Assembly (NCBI GenBank): GCA_044226625.1
Contig: JBGAGQ010000040.1
Coordinates: forward strand, 1 to 56,302
DNA: 56,302 nt
From: Thermoanaerobaculia bacterium
GTDB taxonomy: Bacteria > Acidobacteriota > Thermoanaerobaculia > Multivoradales > UBA5704
Direction of reading: 5' to 3'
This document shows, piece by piece, positions 46,901-56,302 of this stretch. Made by a program: the position numbers and the translations under genes. The notes beneath the pieces were generated by a model that saw only the letters and a list, made by a program, of their open reading frames with translations, had not been told where the DNA came from and did not search any database. The number at the start of each line of letters is the position of its first letter. Position 1 is the stretch's first letter.

Positions 46901-49900
46901 CCGAGACGATGTGGTGCATCACGAGCAGGAACAGGTGCTCACGGCGGCCGGTCGCGACGAGGGCGCTGCGATAGAGCGGCCCCCGCTCGAGGTCGAACGG
47001 CAGCACCGCGAGCGCGTGGGCGATGCGGCGCGCTTCCATTTCGGCCGTCGGTCCCTCCGCTTCGCGGGACAGGCCGCGGAGGTCGATCGAAGGGAGGACG
47101 CTCCGGCCGAGAGGGGCGATCTTCTGGACCGGCCGCCCGTCCGCAGCCAGCGCGAACGTGGTGCGCAACGCCTCGTGGCGTGCCACCACCTCGCGGAGCG
47201 CCGCCGCGAAGGCGGCGACGTCCAAGGGGCCATGGCAGCGGATCGCGAGAGGCAGGTTGTACACCGCGCTGCCCGGGGCCATTCGGTCGAGGAACCAGAG
47301 CCGCTCCTGGCCGAACGACAACGGAAGCGGCCCGCCGCGGTCGATCCGCGCGAGGGGCGGCCGGCCGGTGCCCGACGCGGTGGTGCCTGGCATGCCTCCT
47401 TCGCCTTGGAGGTCGAGCGCCGCGGCCAGCCGGGCGACCGTGGGGTACTGAAAGAACGCGCGCACGGGAACCGGCTTGCCGAGCAGCTTCGCCAGCCGGT
47501 GCGACACCTGGGTTGCCAGCAGCGAGTGACCGCCGAGCTCGAAGAACGAGTCGTCGGCGGCGATCGGAGCGATGTCCTGGTCGATACCGAGCACCTCGGC
47601 CCAGACGTCGGCGACCAGGAACTCGGTCGCGGTGGAAGGAGGCACCCAGGCGCCGCCGCGCCCAGCGGCCGGCTCCGGCGCCGGCAGCGCGGCACGGTCC
47701 AGCTTGCCGTTCGTGTGTCTCGGCAGGGAGGGCAGCAGCACGAACGCTCCCGGCACGAACGATTCGGGCAGCGACGCGACAAGGAACTCGCGCAGCTCGG
47801 CGGTAGAGAGCGCGGGCTCCGGCTCGGCGGAAACGATGTAGGCCACCAGGCGCGTAGTCTTTTCATCCGCGCTTCCTGGAATCGCGGGGCCGTCGTTGCG
47901 CGCGATGACCACCGCCTCGGCGACCCGAGGGTGGCGCAGGAGCGTGGCTTCGATCTCGCCCAGCTCGATCCGAACACCGCGAATCTTCACCTGAAAATCC
48001 AGGCGACCCTGGTATTCGACCGCGCCGTCGGCCAAGCGGCGGACTCGATCTCCGGTCCGATAGAGACGGCTGCCCGGCGCGCCACAAGGGTCGGGCACGA
48101 AGCGCTCGGCCGTAAGCGCCGGCCGCCCCAGATAGCCGCGCGCCAGTTGCACCCCTCCCAGGTACAGCTCGCCCGAGACGCCGACCGGCGCCAGGTGGAG
48201 CGACCGGTCGAGCACGTGCACCGCGGTATTGGCGACCGGAAAACCGATCGGCACCAGAGGGACGGGACCGGTCGGCGGGCAGGGCCAGAACGTGACGTCC
48301 ACCGAGGCCTCGGTCGGGCCATACAGGTTGTGCAGCTCCACACCCTCAAACCGCCGCCGAAACCGCTCGACCAGATCCGGGGTGAGCGCCTCGCCGCTGC
48401 ACATCACTCGCTGGAGCGACGGAAGCTCGCCGAGATCGGGCGAGTCGAGAAAGGCGCGAAGCATCGACGGCACGAAGTGAAGCGTCGTGATCTTCCGCTC
48501 GCGGATCGTCGCCGCGAGATAGGAGGGATCGCGATGCCCGTCGGGCTTCGCCACCACCAGGCAAGCGCCGACGGCCAGAGGCCAGAACAGCTCCCAGACG
48601 GAAACGTCGAAGCTGAACGGGGTCTTCTGCAGCACCCGCTCGTCGGCGCCGAGCCGGTAGGCCGACTGCATCCAGAGGAGCCGGTTGCGAATGCCCGCGT
48701 GGGGCACCATCACGCCCTTCGGTCGGCCGGTCGAGCCGGAGGTATAGATCACGTAGGCGAGGGTCGCGCCGTCGATTCGGCTCGGCGGCGGCAGCGCGGG
48801 CGAGCTCGGGTCGGCCGGAGCGATCAGCTCCGCGCGGCAACCCGCGGGCAGCGAGGCGGCGAGCTCGGCCCGACTCAACACCGCGGCGGGGCGCGCGTCC
48901 GCGAGGAGAAAGGCCAGCCGTTCCTCCGGGTAGCTCGGCTCCAGGGGCAGATAGGCCGCCCCGGCCGCGAGCACGCCGTAGATCGCCACCATCATCTCCA
49001 GCGAGCGATCGAGCAGCACTCCGACCACCGCGTCTTCGCGGACCCCCAAGCGCCGCAACCGCCAGGCGAGGGCGTTCGCTCGGAGGGCCAGCTCGCGGTA
49101 GGTCAGGCTCTCCCCGCCGAAGACCACCGCGGGAGCGTCGGGCGTACGCTCGCACTGCGCCGCGAACAGCTCGTAAAGATTTCCTTCGGCGCCTCCGGGC
49201 CAGAGCACCGCAGTGTCGTTCCATTCCGTGACGATCTGATGGCGCTCGGCCGGCGCGATCGGATCGAGCGCCGAAAGCGGCAGGTCGCGCGCCGAGACAC
49301 CCGCGTCGAGCAAACGCTCGAGCACGCTCTGCATGCGCCAGACGGTCGCGCCGTCGAACACGTCGGAATTCCATTCGAAGCGGCCGCGGATGTCGTCCGG
49401 CCACTCGTACATCCCCCACATCAGATCGTAGCGGCTGTTGTCGTCGTGAACCTCGACGGTCTCGAACTCGAGGCCGGTGAGCTCCTCGGTCGTGAAGCTC
49501 TGATCGAGCAGCAGCGCGGCCACCTGGATCACCGGCGCCCGGCCGGTGGTCCGCTCCGGCTGGAGCGCGTCGACCAGACGGGTGAACGGTACGTCCTGGA
49601 AATCGAACGAGGAGATCGCCGCGCGGCGCGTCCGCTCGACCAGCTCGGGGAACGTCGGGTCGCCGGTGAGATCGACCGGAATCGCAAGCTGGGTGATGAA
49701 GAAGCCGAAGATCTTTTCGAATTCCGGCCGGTTGCGGTTCGCGCTCGGCGTGCCGACGATCAGCCGCTCCTGGCCAGAAAAGCGGTGGAGCATCGCGGCG
49801 ATCGCCGCGACCAGGACCATGAACGAGGTCGCCCCGACGCTCCGCGCGAGCGCGCGCCAGGAGCCCGGCGCCGCGCTGCCGAAGCTCACGTGGTGGAGCC

Positions 49901-52900
49901 CGCCCGCGAGCGACTGGGTGGACGGCCAGGGACGGTCGACGGGCAGGTCGACGAACAGCGGCACGTCGGAGAGAGCGCGCTGCCAATGGTCGAGGAAGCG
50001 GTCGATCACCTCGCCCTGGAGCCAGTCGCGCTGCCAGACGACGAAATCGGGATACTGGACCGGCGGCTCGGGGAGCGGCGACGGCCGGCGCAAGTGGTAC
50101 GCGTCGTAGATCGCCGCGAGCTCCTTCCAGAAGTACTGGAAGGTGATCCAGTCCGTCACCGTGTGATGCACGGTGAGCAGGCAGACGTGCTCCTCGGCGC
50201 CGAGTCGGAGCAGATGGAGACGCGCGAGCGGCCAGCGCTCGAGGTTGAACGGAAGCCGGGCGTCGAGCCGCTGGATGCGGTTCGCCTCGGCGGCCCCGCG
50301 CGCCGCGGGAAGCGCCGCGAGATCGAGCAGCGGCATCCGGACGTCCACATGCGGGAGCACCCGCTGTACCGGCGCGCCCTCTTGCTGAGGGAAGTAGGTG
50401 CGCCAGGCGGCGTGGCGACGGAAGATCTCGGCGACCGCGGCGAAGATCGCCGGAAGGTCGACCCGACCGCGCATCCGCGCTCCGAGGTCGATGTTGTAGG
50501 CGGTGCTCTCCGGCTCCAGCTGATCGAGGAACCAGAGGCGCTCCTGGTCGAACGACAGGGGCCAATCGCCCGCGCCGTCCGGCGGCGTGACCCGGCGCAA
50601 CGGAGGGGGCGGCGGAGGCGCCACCGAGGGCGCCGAGTCGCCCCCCTCGCCCGAGAGAAACGCGGCGAGGCCAGCGACGGTCGGCGCGTCGAAGATCGCG
50701 GTGACCGGGAGCTCGCGATCGAGCCGCGTGCGGACCGCGGTCGCGAGCTGGATCGCGAGCAGCGAGTGGCCGCCCAGGGCGAGGAAGTCGTCGTCGACGC
50801 CGACCTCGGCGATGCCGAACAGCTCCGACCAGATCGCGGCGAGCGACCGCTCGAGGTCGGTTCGGGGCGGCGCGTACGGAGTCGCCAGAGCGCGCGCCGA
50901 CCGCGGTCCTCCCGAGGCGGCCGTTCCAGCGACGCCCACTCCTCCCGAGGCTCCGGGCGCGTTCGCCAGCTCGGCGAGCGAGGCGGCGTCGATTTTCGCG
51001 TCCGCGGCGAGGACGGCCGAAAAATCGCGCGCCGAAACGACCGCCGCCGGCACGCCGGAGAGCAGGAGCCGGAGGAACGCCTCGACGCTCTCCTCGGCGC
51101 CGATCCCCAGCGCGGAGGGAAGTCCGGCCGCCGAGCCGCCGCCTGCGAGCTGGCCCATCCCGGCGGCGAGCCAACCGTTCCACTGATAGGGGTCCCACAG
51201 CGGCGCGATCACGCGCCGGCCCGAGGCGGAGAGCCGCTCGGCGAGGCTCGCGAGGAACGCCGCGGCGGCCGCGTGCTCGAGCTGACCGAAGCTGCCGGTC
51301 GCGCCGAGGTTCGAGGGGAAGAAGGCGAGGAATGCCTCGGGATCCGGGGCGAGCAGGACAGACCAGAGAAGCGCGCCGGAGAGATCCGGCCGCAGCGCCG
51401 CCGCGAGAGCGTTCGGCTCGCGCAGGGCGGCGAGCCCGCCCCCGGCGCCGCTCGCGGTGTGGCAGACGCCGGCGAGCCGGCCGAAGCGGGCGCGCGCCCC
51501 GACGAGCGATCGCTCGGACTCCTCGGCCGGGCCGCGCCAGATCTCAGTGGCTCGCGACGCGGCGAGCAGCGACCGGCAGGCGGAGGCGAGCGGACCGCCG
51601 CCCGCCGCGAGGGCCGCCCATTCGCCTTCGGCCGGGAACGCCTCGGGGAGCAGGAGCGCGAGACGGGCGCCGCGGCCCGCCAGCGCCTCGGCGAGCGCCG
51701 GTCCGACGCCGGACGAGGCGTCGGTGATCAGGATCGGCAGTCCGGGAGCCAGGGACGCTTCGCCCCGATCCAGGCGGACCGGCTGCCACGCGAGCACCCG
51801 GCGCGCTCGGCCGCGCCGGACGATCAGGTCGGCTCCCCGATCGGCCGGGGCGAGCGCCTCGGCGAGGAGCGTGGCGATCAGCTCCTCTTTGGGAGCCTCG
51901 GGGGACAGGTCGACGGCGCGGGCGGCACCGTGCATCAGCTCGCGCCCTACGACGCGGAGTCCCGCGGCGAGCGCCGCAAGGCGGGGATCGCGAGGCTCCT
52001 CGTCGTCGGCGGCGAGCAGCCCCGATCCCGCGAGGAGGAGGTCGACCGCGGCGCCGCCGAGTGCGTGGGCGAGCCGGCAGACGGCGCCGAGATCCCCAGC
52101 GACGTCCTGCGAGGCGCCGAAGCCTCCGAGGACGACGATCCGGCGCGGTTTCTCCTCGGCGAGCAGCTCGCTCCAAGTTTCGAGACGCGTGGGCTCTTCG
52201 AGCAGCGCGACACGGACCGCCGCGCCGGCCGTTTCGATCCGCCGCGCGAGCGGCTCGGCGAGCCCGGCGAATCCGCCGTCGACGATCAGCCAGGGGCCGG
52301 CCGCGGCGAGCGCGCTTTCGCTGGGAGCCTCCGGCGCGAGCGTCCGGCGTAGGTCGGGCAGGTAGAACCAGTCCGAGATCTCGAGCTTGGCGGCGGCGGC
52401 CGCCTCCTCTCCACCCCGCCCGAGCGCGCCGGCGCTCGGCGCCTGCGTTCCGCGCAGGCCGAGCGCTCCGTCGCGCGGCGGATCGATCCAGTACCTCGCG
52501 CGCTCGAACGGGTAGGCCGGCAGGTCGACGATCCGCCGCCCCGAGGGGCCGAACAGCGCCCTCTCGTCGATCGACACGCCGAGCGTCCAGAGGCGGGCGA
52601 TCGCCGCCAGAAGAGGCGCGAAATCCGAGCCTCCGGCGCTCGCCCCGCGGACGGTCTGGATCGTCGCGAGACCGGCCGCGGCGCGGGGTTGCTGCCGCGC
52701 GAGCGCGCCGAGCGTGGCGCCCGGACCCACCTCGACGAGGATGCGGCGCGGATCGGCGAGCAGCTCGGACAGCGCCTCCTCGAAGCGGACCGTCGAGGTC
52801 AGATGGCGAGACCAGTAGGCCGGATCGGCGAGGTCGTTCGGGCCGATCCACCCGCCGGTGACGTTCGACAAGCGGGGGATCTCGGGCTTCGCGCTCTCGA

Positions 52901-55295
52901 GGCCGCGGACCAGCTCCGTCAGTCGGGAGGCGACCGGCGCCATCGCCGGGGAGTGGAACGCATGGGTGGTCGAAACCGGCAGGCAGGCGACCCCGCGCTC
53001 GGCGAGCGTCCGCGCGACCTCGGCCACGGCTTCGGGCGCGCCCGCGACGACCGACAGGTGCGGCCCGTTGACCGCGGCGAGGGCGATCTCGCCCGTGGGA
53101 TGCGCGGCTAGATAGGAGGTCAAAACCGGCGCGACGTCGGCCGCCGGAAGCGGCACGGCGAGCATCGCTCCCGCGGGCAGCTCGGCGATCCAACGCGCTC
53201 GCGTCGCGACCAGCCGCGCGGCGGCTTCGAGCGGCAAGGCGCCGGAGACGTAGGCCGCCGACAGCTCGCCGAGGCTGTAGCCGAGGACGGCACCCGCCCG
53301 CACGCCCCACCGGGCGAGCAGACGCGCGAGCGCCACCTCGACCGCGAAAAGCGCCGGCTGGGCGCGCTCGGTCGGGGCGAGATCGCCCGCGGGATCTCCC
53401 CCGCCGCGCCGAAGCAGCGCCTTGAGATCGAGCGCCCCTTCCGGCCGAGACGCCGGGGCGGCACCGCCGAACAGCAGCGCGCGAAGGTCGAAGTCGAGAT
53501 GCGGCGCGAGAGCGGTCGCCACGCGGTCGAATTCCTCGCGGAACGCCGGCTCGCGCTCATAGAGCTCGCGGACCAGGCCCGGGTACTGATCGCCGAGGCC
53601 GGGGAAGAGCAGCGCCACCTCTCGGGCAGCGCCTTCGGTCCCCGTCGCCTCCGGCTCCCCTTCGATCCAGCGCGAGGGATCGCGCAGCGCCGCCGCCGCG
53701 TCGACCGCGTCCGCGGCCACGACCGCGCGGCGCAGACGCTGCGCCCGGCGCCCTACGCCGAGCGTCCAGGCGACGTCGGCGAGATCGACCGTGGGTTCCG
53801 CGGCGAGCCTCGCGGCGAGCCGCTCCGTCGCGAGATCGAGAGCCTCGCGCGTACGCGACGACAGGAGCAGGGCGTGGAGCGGCCGGGACGAGGAGAGCGT
53901 CGCCTGAGCCTCCGGAGCCTGCTCGAGCACCACGTGGACGTTGGTGCCGCCGAGCCCGAGGGAGCTCACGCCCGCGCGACGCGGCGCGAGGTCGGCCGGC
54001 CAGGGGGTCGCCTCGGTGGGCACGTAGAACGGGCTCGACGCGAGGTCGATCTCCCGGTTCGGCCGCTCGAAATGGAGCGTCGGCGGAATCGTTCCCCGCT
54101 CGATTGCGAGCGCCGCCCGCGCGAGGCCGGCGATCCCCGCGGCGGCGTTGGAGTGGCCGAAGTTCGACTTGGCCGAGCCGACCGCACACCAACCGAGGTC
54201 GTCGGAGTCGTCTCGGAAGACGCGCGAGAGGGCCGCGATCTCGATCGGGTCGCCGATCGGGGTCGCGCTGCCGTGCGCCTCGACGAACGCGATCGAGCGC
54301 GCCGAGACCTCCGCGAGGCCGAGCGCCTCGGCGATCGCCTGCGCCTGGCCGGGGACGCTCGGTGCGGTGAAACCCACGCGGGCCGCGCCGTCGTTGCTCG
54401 TCGCCGTGCCGCGGATCACCGCGCGGACCGGCCGTCCGGCGGCGAGCGCCGCCTCGGCCCGTTCGAGCACCGCGACGCCGACGCCCGAGCTCGGCACGGT
54501 CCCCTCGGCGCGGGCGTCGAAGCTCCGGCAATGTCCGTCCGGCGAATGGATGTCTCCCGCCGCGTAGCGATAGCCGCCGACGAGCGGCACCGTGATCGAG
54601 CTGCCGCCGGCGATCGCCACGTCGCACTCGCCCGCGAGCAAGCTCTGGCAGGCCAGGTGGACCGCGAGCAGAGAGGTCGAGCAGGCCGACTGCGCCACCA
54701 CGGCGGGACCCTTGAGGTTCAGCTCGTACGCGAGGCGGCTCGCCAGGAAATCGCGGTCGTTCAGGATCATCGCCTGGAGACCGCCGCCGGAGGCGAGCGC
54801 CGCCGCGTTCGGCAGGATGTTCGCGATCAGGTAGCCGTCCATCCCCGAGCCGACGAAGACGCCGATGCGCCGGCCCTCGGCGTCGAACCGATCGGGATCG
54901 ATCCCCGCCGCTTCGAGCGCCTCCCAGGCGACCTCGAGCAGCACGCGATGCTGTGGATCGAGCAGCTCCGCCTCGCGCGGCGTGAAACCGAACAGCCCTG
55001 CGTCGAAGAGATCGGCGCCGTCGAGCAGGCCGCGCGCCTTGACGTAGGCCGGATCGGCGATCTCCGCCTCCGAGACGCCGGCGGCACGCAGCTCGTCATC
55101 GGAAAGGCGAGCGATCGTCTCGCGCCCCGCCGCGAAGTTCGCCCAGAGCGCCTCGACCGTCGAGGCCCCGGGGAAACGGACGGCGAAGCTCACGACGGCG
55201 ATTCCCAAAACGCCGGACATGCCGGAGTCTGGGGCGTCCGAAAGCTCGCGGTCGGGGGTGGACGGGGCGGGGGTCGCGGTCGGCTCTTGGATCAT
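43977..55295 (-). CDS. Hybrid PKS/NRPS: KS-AT-KR(degenerate)-T-C-A(Ser)-T-C-A(Val-like)-T
   Basis: KS SACSTS/EAHG/KSNFGH. AT GYSLG plus HAFH (malonyl type). C domains HHTVTDW and HHIVSDA. A pockets read by eye as DVWHMSLVDK and DALWLGGTFK. Three GGHS carriers. ATGA overlap with the next NRPS. Confidence 0.93.
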   Translation of the reverse strand: MIQEPTATPAPSTPDRELSDAPDSGMSGVLGIAVVSFAVRFPGASTVEALWANFAAGRETIARLSDDELRAAGVSEAEIADPAYVKARGLLDGADLFDAGLFGFTPREAELLDPQHRVLLEVAWEALEAAGIDPDRFDAEGRRIGVFVGSGMDGYLIANILPNAAALASGGGLQAMILNDRDFLASRLAYELNLKGPAVVAQSACSTSLLAVHLACQSLLAGECDVAIAGGSSITVPLVGGYRYAAGDIHSPDGHCRSFDARAEGTVPSSGVGVAVLERAEAALAAGRPVRAVIRGTATSNDGAARVGFTAPSVPGQAQAIAEALGLAEVSARSIAFVEAHGSATPIGDPIEIAALSRVFRDDSDDLGWCAVGSAKSNFGHSNAAAGIAGLARAALAIERGTIPPTLHFERPNREIDLASSPFYVPTEATPWPADLAPRRAGVSSLGLGGTNVHVVLEQAPEAQATLSSSRPLHALLLSSRTREALDLATERLAARLAAEPTVDLADVAWTLGVGRRAQRLRRAVVAADAVDAAAALRDPSRWIEGEPEATGTEGAAREVALLFPGLGDQYPGLVRELYEREPAFREEFDRVATALAPHLDFDLRALLFGGAAPASRPEGALDLKALLRRGGGDPAGDLAPTERAQPALFAVEVALARLLARWGVRAGAVLGYSLGELSAAYVSGALPLEAAARLVATRARWIAELPAGAMLAVPLPAADVAPVLTSYLAAHPTGEIALAAVNGPHLSVVAGAPEAVAEVARTLAERGVACLPVSTTHAFHSPAMAPVASRLTELVRGLESAKPEIPRLSNVTGGWIGPNDLADPAYWSRHLTSTVRFEEALSELLADPRRILVEVGPGATLGALARQQPRAAAGLATIQTVRGASAGGSDFAPLLAAIARLWTLGVSIDERALFGPSGRRIVDLPAYPFERARYWIDPPRDGALGLRGTQAPSAGALGRGGEEAAAAAKLEISDWFYLPDLRRTLAPEAPSESALAAAGPWLIVDGGFAGLAEPLARRIETAGAAVRVALLEEPTRLETWSELLAEEKPRRIVVLGGFGASQDVAGDLGAVCRLAHALGGAAVDLLLAGSGLLAADDEEPRDPRLAALAAGLRVVGRELMHGAARAVDLSPEAPKEELIATLLAEALAPADRGADLIVRRGRARRVLAWQPVRLDRGEASLAPGLPILITDASSGVGPALAEALAGRGARLALLLPEAFPAEGEWAALAAGGGPLASACRSLLAASRATEIWRGPAEESERSLVGARARFGRLAGVCHTASGAGGGLAALREPNALAAALRPDLSGALLWSVLLAPDPEAFLAFFPSNLGATGSFGQLEHAAAAAFLASLAERLSASGRRVIAPLWDPYQWNGWLAAGMGQLAGGGSAAGLPSALGIGAEESVEAFLRLLLSGVPAAVVSARDFSAVLAADAKIDAASLAELANAPGASGGVGVAGTAASGGPRSARALATPYAPPRTDLERSLAAIWSELFGIAEVGVDDDFLALGGHSLLAIQLATAVRTRLDRELPVTAIFDAPTVAGLAAFLSGEGGDSAPSVAPPPPPPLRRVTPPDGAGDWPLSFDQERLWFLDQLEPESTAYNIDLGARMRGRVDLPAIFAAVAEIFRRHAAWRTYFPQQEGAPVQRVLPHVDVRMPLLDLAALPAARGAAEANRIQRLDARLPFNLERWPLARLHLLRLGAEEHVCLLTVHHTVTDWITFQYFWKELAAIYDAYHLRRPSPLPEPPVQYPDFVVWQRDWLQGEVIDRFLDHWQRALSDVPLFVDLPVDRPWPSTQSLAGGLHHVSFGSAAPGSWRALARSVGATSFMVLVAAIAAMLHRFSGQERLIVGTPSANRNRPEFEKIFGFFITQLAIPVDLTGDPTFPELVERTRRAAISSFDFQDVPFTRLVDALQPERTTGRAPVIQVAALLLDQSFTTEELTGLEFETVEVHDDNSRYDLMWGMYEWPDDIRGRFEWNSDVFDGATVWRMQSVLERLLDAGVSARDLPLSALDPIAPAERHQIVTEWNDTAVLWPGGAEGNLYELFAAQCERTPDAPAVVFGGESLTYRELALRANALAWRLRRLGVREDAVVGVLLDRSLEMMVAIYGVLAAGAAYLPLEPSYPEERLAFLLADARPAAVLSRAELAASLPAGCRAELIAPADPSSPALPPPSRIDGATLAYVIYTSGSTGRPKGVMVPHAGIRNRLLWMQSAYRLGADERVLQKTPFSFDVSVWELFWPLAVGACLVVAKPDGHRDPSYLAATIRERKITTLHFVPSMLRAFLDSPDLGELPSLQRVMCSGEALTPDLVERFRRRFEGVELHNLYGPTEASVDVTFWPCPPTGPVPLVPIGFPVANTAVHVLDRSLHLAPVGVSGELYLGGVQLARGYLGRPALTAERFVPDPCGAPGSRLYRTGDRVRRLADGAVEYQGRLDFQVKIRGVRIELGEIEATLLRHPRVAEAVVIARNDGPAIPGSADEKTTRLVAYIVSAEPEPALSTAELREFLVASLPESFVPGAFVLLPSLPRHTNGKLDRAALPAPEPAAGRGGAWVPPSTATEFLVADVWAEVLGIDQDIAPIAADDSFFELGGHSLLATQVSHRLAKLLGKPVPVRAFFQYPTVARLAAALDLQGEGGMPGTTASGTGRPPLARIDRGGPLPLSFGQERLWFLDRMAPGSAVYNLPLAIRCHGPLDVAAFAAALREVVARHEALRTTFALAADGRPVQKIAPLGRSVLPSIDLRGLSREAEGPTAEMEARRIAHALAVLPFDLERGPLYRSALVATGRREHLFLLVMHHIVSDAWSMGVLVREATAVYRSRTMQGSSSSGASSWALPPLPIQYPDFAAWQRGWLQGDELARQVDHFRVRLEGAPEALELPTDRPRPALQSIAGAALRIDLPESVSSATFALGRDLGATDFMVVFAAWAAVLARAAGVRDLVLGTTIANRDATELEGLIGFFVNTMPLRVDASGDPTFADLVARVRTEALDAYAHRDVPFEKLVEELKPTRDRSRPPIVQAVFTWQNAAIPEADLGELHLAPEPASSGTAKFDLTVVAGREGERILGLFEYATALFDEATVRRLVDRLGAFLATATADRGVRFSALPILSDAERRALLVERNRTATSFPRGATIPQLFAEQVSATPDAIALVGPISGEEGGDAFDLSFCISYGELGRRSIELARRLAGLGVGREMPVAIVAERAPETIVGILGILAAGGYYVPIEPSYPPERQELLIRDCGAAILLGKRAALDALPASVAAATAVQMPLDGGDDRFFAGLDGRPQRPEPDSLAYAMYTSGSTGRPKGVWVAHRNIVRLVRDTDFARFGRDEVFLLFAPLAFDASTLEIWGPLLNGGRLVLAPSGPLSPAAIKRTLARFDVTTLWLTAGLFHPMADYGFAGLPALSQLLAGGDALQVEPVRKAVADLSTLSPLRRVPGRLIDGYGPTEGTTFTCCFGVDDPAAVPDPMPIGTPIANARAFVLDVDCEPVVAGAWGELFAGGDGIARGYLGRPDLTAERFVPDPFAETPERAGGRLYRTGDMVRWTRSGVLEFQGRRDGQVKIRGFRVELGEVEAALLADARVREAVAMVREDRPGDRRLVAYVALRDDSSLNLDKLRHLGVSGRAGQSEDEIASDVLARLAARLPEPFVPAAIVLLPALPLNPNGKVDRRALPAPEQKTASGFVEPESDLERQIAAVAAEVLGVPRVGLRDNFFDLGGHSLLATRFVAELESRAGVAVSLQEVFDARDLGELADRIVERELAAFDPELLSEMIAEEAP

Positions 55296-55341
55296 GGCTC
55301 TCTCGATTTCCGTCTCTTTCCATCTCGAAGGCAAAACATCA

Positions 55342-56301
55342 TCAGATGCGACGCCGGACGCGAGCGCGCCGCCGTTCGAGCTCAGCGAGCCCTTCGCGGC
55401 GCTCGACGCTGCGCAGACGGGCGGCCGACAGTTGCTCGACTTGACGCGCCTCGACCTCGGCCCCCCCGGTTTCGGAGAGGCTCGCGGCGAGTCGGCGCAG
55501 CGTCGGATGCTGAAACAAAGTGACCAGGGGAATCTCGCGGCCGATCTCGACCTGGACGCGGCTGTGGAACCGAACCAGCGAGACCGAGCTCGCCCCGAGA
55601 TCGAAGAAGTTGTCGTCCAGGCCGGCCGCGCCGAAAAGCTCGGTCCAGAGCCCCAAGAGGCGCGCCTCGAGTCCGCCGGCCGGCGGCGCCTCGAACGACC
55701 GCGCCTCGGGCGTCCGCGCCTCCGGGGCGCCGAACGCGGGCAGCGCGCGGCGGTCGACCTTCCCGCCGGGGGCGATCGGCAGTGCGGGGAGGACCGCGAT
55801 CGCCGCTGGAATCATTTGGACGGGGAGGCGCGTGGCCACGTGGACGAGCAGCTCCTCCGGCGACGGAGCGGCGGACGGAGCCGCCACCCAGGCGACGAGG
55901 CGATCGGCGAAACGGTCGGACCGCTCGACCCCCGCAACCGCCGCGGCGACCGCCGGATGGGTCACCAGCGCCGCCTCTACTTCCCCCAGCTCGATGCGGA
56001 AGCCGCGAAGCTTGACCTGCCCTCCGGGACCTTCCACCCGGCCGAGGAACTCGAGGTCCCCGCCGGGCAGGTGCCGGACGAGGTCGCCGGTCCGATAAAG
56101 CCGCGCGCCGCGATCCCCCTCGCCGGTCGACGGATCCGGCACGAACCGGTCGGCGGTGAGGTCGGGGCGATCGAGGTAGCCGCGCGCGAGGCTTGGGCCG
56201 CCGAGCAACAGCTCCCCCACCACGCCGCGCGGCACCGGGCGGAAATGGGCATCGACGACGGCAACGCGGATGTGCGGCATCCCGCGGCCGATCGGCAGGC
56301 G
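55342..56301 (-). CDS. 3' end of upstream NRPS (partial A domain plus T), truncated by window edge
   Basis: PIGR, GELLLGG.SLARGY, YRTGD, QVKLRGFRIELGE, GKVDR, FFDLGASS carrier, basic C-terminal tail. Confidence 0.9.
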   Translation of the reverse strand, partial: RLPIGRGMPHIRVAVVDAHFRPVPRGVVGELLLGGPSLARGYLDRPDLTADRFVPDPSTGEGDRGARLYRTGDLVRHLPGGDLEFLGRVEGPGGQVKLRGFRIELGEVEAALVTHPAVAAAVAGVERSDRFADRLVAWVAAPSAAPSPEELLVHVATRLPVQMIPAAIAVLPALPIAPGGKVDRRALPAFGAPEARTPEARSFEAPPAGGLEARLLGLWTELFGAAGLDDNFFDLGASSVSLVRFHSRVQVEIGREIPLVTLFQHPTLRRLAASLSETGGAEVEARQVEQLSAARLRSVERREGLAELERRRARVRRRI

Positions 56302-56302
56302 T

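Noticed and set aside
46326-52352. 2008-aa plus-strand ORF, and similar long ORFs such as 36851-41665, 3774-6026 and 8499-10724
   Set aside because: They overlap well-supported genes antisense or out of frame, are Arg/Gly/Pro-rich without motifs, and are expected from stop-codon scarcity in high-GC DNA.

Overview
High-GC bacterial chromosomal DNA. Gene content (duplicated MacB/FtsX permease, long NRPSs, DUF885, Thr-type sulfatase) suggests Acidobacteriota, but that is inference. From left to right: (1) a cysM-mec-cysO-moeZ-type sulfur-carrier operon; (2) envelope, signalling and metabolic genes (DUF4349 lipoprotein, PDZ-Sel1 protein, acyl-CoA dehydrogenase, beta-propeller GGDEF, USP); (3) an uncharacterised coupled gene pair followed by a ~130-bp MITE-like inverted-repeat element; (4) a 1410-aa secreted hydrolase-VWA protein ending in a small beta-barrel; (5) an island-like block (~26.6-34.9 kb) ending at tRNA-Glu; (6) a sulfatase-like lipoprotein and the 3' part of a hybrid PKS/NRPS cluster with two adenylation-less modules, a degenerate KR and no thioesterase in view. 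The main discovery is in block 5: a radical SAM/SPASM RiPP cluster whose three short precursor genes are missing from the supplied ORF track. They share a leader M[DT]LKxL[NQ]Px[VI]x[ST]PxL and CG[ST]A[NS]GxG core cassettes, and each is followed by a hairpin. The block also holds two exporters, a Zn-ribbon microprotein, a 9-copy 20-21 bp tandem array and an AbrB/PIN toxin-antitoxin pair. All calls come from reading motifs by eye; no database searches were run.
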